Of a stretch of 64,000 nt of DNA, positions 25,001 through 37,000 are shown piece after piece. Every line of letters begins with the position of its first letter. Positions within the stretch are counted from its first letter, which is position 1. Source of the DNA: Phoronis australis (lineage: Eukaryota; Animalia; Phoronida); NCBI GenBank assembly GCA_002633005.1, contig NMRA01000325.1:390836-454835 (forward strand), given 5' to 3'. Position numbers and translations under genes: made by a program. The notes beneath the pieces are model-generated. The model saw only the letters and a program-made list of their open reading frames with translations. It had not been told where the DNA came from and made no database searches.

Positions 25001-28000
25001 TTCTTTGGGTCCATGTGTAGCCAGAGATCGCCACAAGGTAGACATTTCCAGGTGACTATTTATATTTGAGGCTAGTATCATATGCATTAGGCATTTGTAA
25101 AGATTTGTGTACAGTTCTAGTCAAGGTGTTGTAGGTCGTCACATTTTGTTCATTTTTTGGTAATTTTTGTTTTATATTAAATATGATATTACAAGTAGTA
25201 AATTCCTTTGTCCTTAGTGTTTTAAGATGTTGCTTGTTCAAATGTGTCGGACGGTCGCGACAGTAAAATGTCACAGTTTTGATGTAATGTTTTGGTTGCC
25301 CAACATATTGTGGTTTCGCTGAGGCACATTACGTTGCAATGTCTAAGGTTATGTGAGACTCTAAAGAAAAACTTAGAACAGCGTGCCTCACAAATGGCGG
25401 ATCATATTGTCATGAAATTTGCAGATACTATGTTTTATGCACAGTTCTTAGCAATTGTTTTTAAATTTGTCCTCTTTGGCAAGAGGGGCTATCAAAAATA
25501 GGACTTTTGTGATTTAAAAAAAAAGTAAATCAAAAGTTGCTTTAAAAACAAATAATAATTTAGAAAACTGTAATAGCATGTTTGAGATTTTATCGAGTTT
25601 ATACCAAATGATATTTGGTCACGTTATTGATACCGTTGGTTTGCTATCAATGTACTTTTCTTTTTGGTTACAATATATTCTACGGGCTCTCAACTTCTGT
25701 AGAGTAATGTATATTCACTGGCAGTTAAATATCTGTTCGTTTTTATTTTAGTGCGACTATAACTTTAAAAAACTGAGTAAATTTGCACTGTGTCAAGCAC
25801 TGGGTTAAATTGTGATACACATTCAATCATTATTTGGCCTGGCTTGAGTGCTCTTAGATGTAAAGCTGTCTCAATGACATTCTGGCACCTAAATCTGTCA
25901 TTGATTGAGTTACTCAGATAGGTCTTGCTACTTAAGAATCTATTTTTGCTCATTCTCAAAGTTTGTCAGTGTATGGTAGATATATAGCTGCCGCTCCAAA
26001 GGAACTGTTAGGTTGAGTATTCATCTGGTCAGCGTACTCTTAATACTGGACTCTCTTTGTCTTGTTTCAGGCCACCTTTGATCCAGAGGTGTTCTTCAAT
26101 ATTCTATTGCCAGCCATCATATTTCACGCAGGCTACAGTCTGAAACGGGTAACTTTACTTTATGCAATTACTGGATTTTGATTAATTTTCATTCACTACT
26201 CATTGACTGAAATTACATAAGAAAATATGGATGAATATAGTGCATTTTAATGTAACCAAAATAATGTTTTATGTTTCTGTTAGATCAGCAATTCAATCAA
26301 TGCTTGTTAGATTGCATTAATATACACAATGGTATGAATTTTGTCAACTTCTTACGCATGTGAAATATTAGTTAATGGAAATAAAATACTTTATTGTGGT
26401 GGTAAGAGTGTGGGCCATATTTCATCTTACTCATGGATTCATATCTCATAGGAGCTTTTCTTATGAAAATTTGATTGTTTTGGAAGCTTTACCAAAAGTA
26501 AGAGCGTTGTTACTGAAAAATAATGAAACTTGGAGTTCTTTGACGTGTTGTCTTAACAAGTGCAGAATATCACTACATTGTGGTAAAAAAATCTCGTGCT
26601 TTTCAGCGTCACTTCTTCCGTAACTTCGGCGCCATCATCACTTATGCGTTTGTTGGAACGTTGGTATCAGCAATCTGTGTTGGGTAAGTGTAACACCAAT
26701 GTGTCGGGTAAGTGTAATACCAATTTGTCNAATTTAAGCAGTTGTGCCAGTAACGTTCCTGACCTTGATTGATGACCACTGGAATGATTCAAAACATTCA
26801 ATCTGTAATATGTCAAAGTGTGTGCAATATATTCCTCTTGAACAGTTAATCAGCGAATCATGTACAATTCATTGATTTTGTGAGCTGTATTTTTATTAGT
26901 TTCATATTGACCATTGATTCTCACACTCTGGTTCATGCATCTTAGTGCAGCGTGTGGGTTTTAAGGGGGCTACATGCTGTTATTCTTTAAGGGTGCTACA
27001 TGCTGTTATTCTTTAAGGGTGCTACATGCTGTTATTCTTTAAGGGTGCTACATGCTGTTATTCTTTAAGGGGGCTACATGCCGTTATTCTTTAGGGATAT
27101 TAAGCTTAGGCAGGGGAATTATGTAGTCTTGAGAATTCATTGGATGTTTTCCTAAATGTTTACTTTGTTTGACGAAAATTTTTGCCAAGGCCAATTTTGT
27201 GTCAAAAAAAGCTTTCTTTGGGTCCATGTGTAGCCAGAGATCGCCACAAGGTAGATATTTCCAAGTGACTATTTATATTTGAGGCTAGTATCATGTGCAT
27301 TAGGCATTTGTAAAGATTTGTATACAGTTCTAGTCAAGGTGTTGTAGGTCGTCACATTTTTTCATTTTTTGGTAATTTTTGTTTTATATTAAATATGATA
27401 TTACAAGTAGTAAATTCATTTGTCCTTAGTGTTTTAAGATGTTGCTTGTTCAAATGTGTTGGACGGTCGAGACAGTAAAATGTCACAATTTTGATGTAAT
27501 GTTTTGGTTGCCCAACATATTGTGGTTTGACCCAAGTTTTTCGCTGAGACACATTATGTTGCAATGTCTAAGGTTATGTAAGACTCTAGAGAAAAATTTA
27601 GAACACCGTGCCTCAGAAATGGCGGATCATTTTGTCATGAAATTTACAGATACTATGTTTTATACACAGTTCTTCAAAATGCTGTTAGCAATTGTTTTTA
27701 AATTTGTCCACTTTGGCAAGAGGGGCTATCAAAAATAGGACTTTTGTGATTTAAAAAATATAAGTCAAAAGTTGCTTTAAAAAACAAATAATAATTAAGA
27801 AAACTGTAATAGCATGTTTGATATTTTATCGAATTTATATCAAATGATATTTGGTCACGTTATTGATAAGGTTGGTTTGCTTTCAATGTACTTTTCTTTT
27901 TGGTTACAATATATTCTACGGGCTCTCAACTTCTGTAGAGTAATGTATATTCACTGGCAGTTAAATATCAAAATTGCTGTTTCTGTTTGTTTTTATTTTA

Positions 28001-31000
28001 GTGCGACTATAACTTTAAAAAACTGAGTAAATTTGCACTGTGTCAAGCACTGAGTTAAATTGTGAAATGCATTCAATCTTTATTTAGCCTGGCTTGAGTG
28101 CTCTTAGATGTAAAGCTGTCTCAGTGACATTCTGGCACTTAACTCTGTCATTGATTGAGTTACTCAGATAGGTCTTGCTACTTAAGAGTCTATTTTTGCT
28201 CTTTCTCAAAGTTTGTCAGTGTATGGTAGATATATAGCTGCCGCTCCAAAGGAACTGTTAGGTTGAGTATTCATCTGGTCAGCGTACTCTTAATACTGGA
28301 CTCTCTTTGTCTTGTTTCAGGCCACCTTTGATCCAGAGGTGTTCTTCAATATTCTATTGCCAGCCATCATATTTCATGCAGGCTACAGTCTGAAACGGGT
28401 AACTTTACTTTATGCAATTACTGGATTTTTATTAATTTTCATTCACTACTCATTGACTTAAATTACATAACAAAATATGGATGAATATAGTGCTTTTTAA
28501 TGTAACCAAAATAATGCTTTATGCATATGTTTCTGTTAGATCAGCAATTCAATTAATGCTTGTTAGATTGCGTTAATGTACACAATGGAATGAATTTTGT
28601 CAACTTCTGACGCATGTGAAATATTAGTTAATGGAAATAAAATACTTTATTGCGGTGGCAAGAGTGTGGGCCATATTTCATCTTAATCATGGATTCATGT
28701 CTCATAGGAGCTTTTCTTATTAAAATTTTATTGTTTTGGAAGCTTTACCAAAAGTAAGAGCGTTACTGAAAAATAATGAAACTGAGTTCTTTGACGTGTT
28801 GTCTTAACAAGTGCAGAATATCACTACGTTGTGGTAAAAAAATCTCGTGCTTTTCAGCGTCACTTCTTCCGTAACTTCGGCGCCATCATCACTTATGCGT
28901 TTGTTGGAACGTTGGTATCAGCAATCTGTGTTGGGTAAGTGTATCACCAATGTGTTGGGTAAGTGTAATACCAATTTGTCGAGTTAGTAATTCCGATGTG
29001 TCGGTTAAGTGTAATACCAATGTGTCGGGTAAGTGTAATACCAATTTGTCGAGTAAGTAATTCCGATGTGTCGGTTAAGTGTAATACCAATGTGTCGGGT
29101 AAGTGTAATACCAATTTGTCGAGTAAGTAATTCCGATGTGTCGGTTAAGTGTAATACCAATGTGTCGGTTAAGTGTAATACCAATGTGTCGGGTAAGTGT
29201 AATACCAATTTGTTGGACAAGTGTAATACCAATAGCTTTGACCAATAGCTTAGTACATGTGACTTAAAAAATACACGACTATTTTACAATGATTTGAGCC
29301 TATTCCACAGTCATCAAGACCAGCTTACAACAATTTAGATAATTCTAGAGTCATTATTTAGACCCAGATAAGGTTTATAATGGTCACTTACTTGTGCTTT
29401 TATTCCCTCACAGGGGTATCATCTATGGGTTCACACGTATCATGCCTGCTGTCAGCGGCGCCATTGACTTCACTGATAGTCTCTTCTTTGGAGCCCTCAT
29501 ATCTGCCACTGACCCAGGTACTCTTCAACTCGCGTTACCCATTCAAAGTACTTTATGACGATTTTGTTTCTCATCGTGTTGATTTATTTATGACTTCAAT
29601 AACAATATTTCGTGCGTTAAAAATCAATGCTTACCACTCAAAACGAACATTTTGATTTCTTTCTGATTATTTTTAGATGGTTCCTTCTCTTCAGCTGTCC
29701 AACATTAGAACTTATCCACTTTCCCTTCAAGATCACTCTATGAAGATTTCTTTTCATGACAGATCTTATTTCTGTTGCCACAAAAATCACCCAGAGTAAC
29801 GAGACAAAAGTGCCTCTGACAATCACAGGGCTGACTTGCTCTTCTCAAGTTTGATGGCTTCTATTTAATCACTGTTAATCTATTATTTCCAGCAGAATCT
29901 TAAATCCCATATTATCTTGGCTAGGAATGTTTTTAATCCAGCTTGAGTAGATTTTTACTTAAAGGGACGCATCAGTTTTATGGAGGGAAAAGTATTTCTG
30001 GAATTATTGTTGAATAGGTTAGAGTTTGTGAAGTTTTTATCTTTAGCATAACTACAAAACAACAGAATTCACGGGTTTTAATCCAATCACCAATTCTCTT
30101 CACTTTGTGCTAGAGATTCGCTGAAGTCAAGGCAGGTGTTTTTATGCGTTTAAGCTGTTTTTTATTGAGTGGTATTTGTCTCTGGCAACAGAGCATTTGA
30201 TTGTGACTATGGGGGTGCCAAGTTTGACTCCATGTTTTGGCTGATCTCAGAATATTAGTTGTAATTATTGCTTATCTTTTGCATAATTCTTAATTTCACA
30301 TGTAGGTAATATAAGTGTAAGAGAAGTGGATCTCTAATTTTTTTTGTTGGTGATCATTTTGTATTACCACTGACATCTCAGTAGTTTCTGTTTCTGTGTA
30401 AGATTTTGTTCAAAATTAAGCCATTTTATTGTTTGTGGGTTCAGGAATTAAGACAATGAAGCCAATCACCATAGTTTGGCAGTTGAAACCTGAAATTGAA
30501 TTAGACTTCTCCGCTTTTTGTATATGCTAGACTTTCATGAGTGTGCAAGATCAGACAAGCAAGTCTCTGCGAGATATCGTCATGCATTACAAGTGAAGCG
30601 CGTGATCACACTTAGCTTTTCGTGGGAGTGTCTTGGGTCTGCACAATGCTGCCTTGTTTGAGTCATGTTAACATGTCTATCATCACAAACCTGTTATTGT
30701 ATTTTCAGTGACAGTCCTTGCCATCTTCCACGACCTTAATGTTGACGTCGACTTGTATGCGTGTGTGTTTGGTGAAAGTGTACTTAATGATGCTGTTGCC
30801 ATTGTTCTAGCTAGGTAAGTTGTACGGTATTTTTTCACTTGGGTGCTTGTACCAGAATAAATGGCAATACTGCCTATTTTTCATCTTGTCATGGTCTTCC
30901 CACATAAGTATGAATTCTGTTTAGTGATAGCTATGGTACAGAACTGGATAATCATTTGATGGTATATTAAAAAAAGAGAAATAAAATTTCACGTCTGCCA

Positions 31001-34000
31001 CCTTGTGACCTAAATTTTTGAGATTTTACTGTACTCCAGGTTTGCTTGTACAATGTCGATTTTCCATAATTTTCACAGTTTCATAAATATTGTTGAATTA
31101 AACCATTTGTAGTATTAAGCTGGTTTTAGTTAAATTTGTTCATTCTAAGGTGTTCAAAGAACTCAAAATACATGAGCTCTAGTACTTGTTACTGAATTCA
31201 AGGTGGCCTGCAATAGGTGATTATAGTTAGGTATCAAAAGCTTGGTGAGAGAACTGGTTGATTCTCTGTTTGAACACTAGGTGGAGTTGTTGCTGCATGG
31301 TTGTGGGTGTTTTGTACATAAATACGTTAAAGTGTCCTTCATTCTTTGGTGTTTTTTAATGTGAACTAAACCTTATTCCTCGGTCTCTTACATTTAACAT
31401 GTAGGTGTCTTTATAAGCTACGCTTATTTACAACACGTTCAATGAGGCAAAGCTTTTGGAGACTCTTCTAATTGACGACTGAAGTCAAAATGAAGTCTCA
31501 CACTTTGTAAGATAAATGATTTGAACAGTATAATCGCAGGTTTTTTAACAACTTTGTTGTAAGTTTTGTACTTTTTTGTGAGATTTTTCTATCCAGTGTC
31601 CAAAAGACCAGCAGATGAGATTACATACAGGGTGACTATTCATCGTCTGCAATTCATTTGTTCATTTCAGGACTGTCGATTCATTCGGAAGGACAACAAT
31701 CACAGAATCTGATGCCATCTGGAGGCCAATACTGTCGTCACTTGGCAGTTTCCTGGGGATATTCTTTGGCTCATTTGCGATGGGTGGATTCATGGGATGC
31801 CTAACTGCTCTTGTATCCTTCTGTGCAATGATTGGCAAGAGATTTTGACTTTATTAAGTGTTCTTTGTCATCCAATTCTATTTACAACAACAATGCTCGA
31901 TACGAGAAGTGCACCCCGATTGTAGACAACCATTGCACAATAGTAATGTTTCTGCATCGTGAACAGGACAGATGGCGTTTTTGCCAAAACTGTGCAAAGC
32001 AAAAAGTATTTTGTGTCCTTCACTTATTTAGCGCACGACAAGGCCGGCATGTGAAATTCTGCTTTGTTAAGTTTCTCCACCAAAGACTAAGAACATGGAT
32101 TACAGTGTGTAGATGTCATGGTGTTTGTGCAAATTAAGTGAACAATTACTGTAAGAATATTTTGTGCCTCCGTTTTAAGTCAGTCCCTGTATCAGGTATA
32201 CAGTTTTAACAAAAAATTGAACAGGCTTTTGGACATTGGTTAATATTTATTTGTTTTATGATATCATTTCCTGTACCATTTATTTTAAAGGTTATTTAGG
32301 CAAAATGGCCTCTGTGTTCAGACTGTGTGGATTATTTCAGTCGTCTTATTTGACAAATTAATGTTGGTACTCAATTGAGGCAACAGCATTTTAATTTGAG
32401 CTTCACAGTTCCTTCGTAATTTCTTTAACATCTTAATTGAAGCATTAAGTTGTTTGAAAGCAGTGAATCCTTCTAAATTGACAGTAAATTTCAATTTCAG
32501 GTATCAAAATTTAATACTTAGGAATATGTCTGTTGTTTAATCGTTCCTGTAAAATTTTTACCTTCACAGCATACATCAAAGCTGATCTCAAGTGTGATGT
32601 GACAGCTGTCACTTCTCTAGTTCTCCTAATCTTCACTGCATGATTGGAGTTTGTTGTTGATAGCACAATGCCTTAACACCAAATTCAGATGACAAAATAT
32701 ACAAAGATCAATGAGCACCCCCTATTGGAGACAGCACTGTTCTTTCTCATGTCATACAGCACGTTCTTAGCGGCTGAAGCAGCGGGACTCACAGGTGTGT
32801 TAGCTAGGGATTGTCCATAAGTATCAGTATTTTCAAAAGTGTTAATTAAGTAACTCTTTTTGGCACTATCTCCTGTGTTATGAAGAGTACTTCTATGAAA
32901 TAAGACTGGCTTTTGTGTTTAACGAAACGGTATGACCTGATAATCGAGATCATAGCATTTTGAAAAGTTCCCAGACAGTGCATCAGTTTGCTTATAAGAC
33001 CATGAGGAGATGAAGACGTATGGGAAAGTTAGATATCATTTTATTTTATCTTTTTTGTTGAAAATGTTCACTCTTTGTAGAGTGACTCCAAATTGTAACA
33101 TTTTCTGTATGATTTACACACGACATTTACAAAATTTTAATCGTTTCAAAATACATTGTTGTCTTTTAGGAATCGTTGCTGTCTTGTTCTGTGGCATTTG
33201 TCAAGCACATTACACGTTCAACAATTTATCCACAGAGTCAAAAGCTAGAACAAAACAAGTGAGTACATAACTGTTGACCTTTTTATTAAACTCTTTCATG
33301 GCAGTAATGCATTTCATGTGACAACATTCACTTAGTTGACGTATGTTATTGTCAACAAATGAAGCTCTGTTTTGTCAAATTTGTTCTCTGAAATAAAGAT
33401 TAAGAACAGTTCCTTCTGTTGCTACCTTGGTTTACAATGTGTAGAAGTTATCTTTGCAAGAAGTTTATCAGACTTTGCAAAATAGAAAATGATTTTGTCA
33501 ATTATTTCTGTGCAAAATGATTGGAAAATTGGGATAATTTGTTGTTTGCCGAAATTGAGTATGATGATTATTTTGAATTGATGTCATCTCTCCATTATCT
33601 TGAAGTAAATGGCTTGTTGTATAATCTGTCAAGCTGGGCCGAGATAATGTTAGATAATGTGTACATTCATGTAGAGATGCTGCATTCACTGTTGAGCCTC
33701 TTTAATCCTGTTTGTAAATGGCATATGTCTCTTGCCATCTGGTTTTATTTTTGCAGTTATGGAAGGAGTTTAAGTTTGTTAATATCTTGTTGCTCATTCT
33801 GACTCCTGTCTAGCTTTACAGCTATGTGACTTAGTGATTGTGATTCAAGAAAGAGGACAAAGTATTTTGGATCATTTGGTCACTAGTAAAAACAATTCTC
33901 AACCTAAAAACAGTGTTCGCTATGTTTTTGAGAGACCCAAGTCAAGCTTGTCACGGCAGGAATTCAAATACAGTTTTAGTTGAAATTTGTTATGAAAGTG

Positions 34001-37000
34001 TATTCAAATAATTGAAATAAAATGCACATACTGTGTGTCACTCATTCTGATTGTTATAGTAATCATAGTTTACTGATATGGTTCGCCTGCAACTTTACGT
34101 TTTGACAGTAATTGAATGAGATAAACGGATTTATGATATGCTATCTTTTAAACACCTGCTGAAACTGTTATATATCTTGAATGTTATTCACTTAGTGATA
34201 AGTTTGTTATCACATGGACAGTACATTGCTAACTGTGGTCAAAGATTTCTTCTTTTTTTCAGCTTTTTGAAATACTCAACTTTTTAGCAGAAAATTTTGT
34301 CTTCACCTACATCGGAGTGTCAACCTTCACCTTTCAAAAGCACCAATGGAATCCCGGCTTCATATTTGCTGCGATTGTATCTTTTTCTACTAAATCATAA
34401 GAAATTCTGTGCTTCTTTTCACTCTGCCATGTTGTGACAGACTGTGAATGAAATAGCTTAAAAATGTATGGAGCCCTGCTTGTCTACTATCGCTCTTACA
34501 TTGGGATGTCTCATTTCACACAATAGCGAGTGTATAATTTTTGTGATCTTCCCAAACGATTGATTCATGAAATATGGCTCACAAAATGGTTCTGCTTTCG
34601 TTGTAATGGAATTCGTAGTTGTTAATGATATTTTTTTTTCTTTGAAATTGGTCATTTTTGACCCGCCGACGTAGTGCTCAATATGACTTTAACATATTAG
34701 TTAGTACTTACAAACAACTATCTCAGAGGTGTTAATAATTTTCCAATAAAGGTATTGACTGGTTTGAGTATTGACTGATTTGAGATTGTCTAGTGGACCA
34801 CAGTTGCTTCCATATTAGTTTCTCAGCAAGTGATTTACAGCAACTGCATTGCTGGCCTGCAGTTTAGTATGAAAAAGATCATCAGTAACAAAACTGGTGC
34901 CCTTCTACTTGATGGGAATTTCCTTGACCGCTTTGTTTCAGCTAGCGATCCTGGTGGCCAGAGCCATCAACATATATCCACTCTCATTTTTATTAAATCT
35001 AGGGAGGAGGAACAAAATCAGTTTAAATCTGCAGCATATGATGTTTTTCTCAGGTAAGTAATTGCGTAATTTCACATATCGTTGTGATTGATGGCATGTC
35101 ACCGGTGTCCCCTTTTGGCCTCTGGTCGTTGCAAGCTTTAGCTAAACATCTAAAATGTTGTTGTGTCACTAGTAATGCTTGTTGTGAATTTGTAAATTGG
35201 GTTTACCCACACTGGAAAGCAGTAGTTCTTTCTTACATCATCATCTAGCAACAGAGGTCACTGTTTTCATCACCCTCGTTTGCACTCCTACCTGAGGTTT
35301 GAAAACCAGAAAGCCTTTGCTTTGACCTGGGACATGTTGACGTGAATTGCTTCATGAACATTTTACGATTGTAAATATAATGATAAATTAAAACGATCAA
35401 GGTTGATAACCAGCAGTAAATTTGTATGGTGATATGGTTGGAAACCTAAAGTAACTTTAAATGACAATGTCTTCTTTGCATTACATACTGTCCTGTGATT
35501 TTCTGAACATTAAGTGATGGTCGAAGGTTATAAAAAGTTTAGGATATAGTTCTGTGCACTTAAAGTGTCAGCAGGGCAGGGCAGAGATGACCAATAGCTT
35601 ATGTAATCATCTAGTTTCAGGTAATTTGTTATTGCGATTACTGTACAGAAGTTCGTATTGGGCAGTTATTAGTTAACTAAATGCATTTAAGTGTCATTCT
35701 CAACGTTTTCAATTTTGTTGGTACTACTCCACTTCATTTAAAAGTGAATACCAGGTCTGTGTTCCATAGATGCAAGAAACTCGTCAGACCGTGCAAAATC
35801 ACATAAGTTGCAAGTGCTTCACAAGTGTCTTAGGTTTATAGAATGCGGCCTTGATCTGGGTAGAGAATGTAATATGTGAACAACCTGTTTGTTTGGTATG
35901 AAATTCATTTCTGCTTATCACAGCATTAGAAACATTCTTGTTGTGAGATACGTTGAAGTGAAGTGCTATAAAAGCACTGTGTTGGTATGTCATTTTACAC
36001 GCTCCATGTTTCAGGTCTCCGAGGAGCCATAGCATTTGCACTCTCCATTAGGAACACATCAACAGAGGCTCGACAGATGATGTTCACCACAACACTAGTG
36101 ATTGTCATAGCTACTGTTATTCTGTGTGGAGGGTTCGTTACGCAGATGTTGCAGTGGCTGAGGATAAAGTAGGTCAAAGGTCACGGTGCATTTTTCCAAC
36201 AGGCACACATGAACACAAATATAGTTTAATGCTCTAAATTTTGAAATGGGAGATATAACCGCATGTTAAATACGTTATATTAGGTTCTCAATTCTCTTTA
36301 TCATTTTAGTGTTGTCTTTCAACCAATTTCTGGAAGGCATGTTGTGGTGCTCTTTTCTAAACAGTCAGAAGAAAATACATTAGGCATTTGTAATCATTTG
36401 TAGATGTATGCTGATCATTTACACCATCCATCAACGATACTTATGATTGACCTGAGCAGGATAGAAGATTGAGAAGCCAATTTCAGATTTCAGTATATGG
36501 TACTACTATGAAGATATTTTCAAATGTACAAAATCTGTGTTTCAGAGTGGGTGTTGAAGATGAGACGGAATCTCAGCATTTCCAGGCTGTTAGATCGGTA
36601 GGTACACGTAGATAGACTCTTCCCTAGACATTGTATTTTGGTAGGATAAAATAGAAGAGTTTAGCCTTACACACACGAGTGTAACGAATTTGTCTGCACA
36701 AACCACTGACCTCTTGCACGTAAATAATTGAATCACATTTACGAACCATGACATTCTGCTTGCAAACAAAATTTGTGTACGAACTGGGAGCATAAATCAT
36801 TCATCAGAGCATTAAATCGTAAAGATGAATGACTAGTCTTCATTATAAACATTCTAAGAATGCTGCACATACAACTCCGGTTCTTGCAAGTGAATCAGTG
36901 GCTTGTGTTCATAATTCAATGGCTTGTGAGTTTGAATATCTAGTTCCCTTGTTACGCAATACTATAATTTTAAGAACTTCTTTTACAACGTCCTATTGTG

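Larger units (their letters stand above)
24624..28980. repeat. Tandem pair of ~2.1-2.25-kb near-identical blocks joined by a single N (26730); probable haplotypic false duplication
   Basis: 24624-26729 matches 26731-~28980 with scattered SNPs and indels; includes NHE exons 3 and 4. Confidence 0.9.

Noticed and set aside
28926-29232. CRISPR-like look of the regularly spaced 24-bp repeats
   Set aside because: There are no unique spacers and no cas genes, and it lies in a eukaryotic intron; it is a minisatellite.
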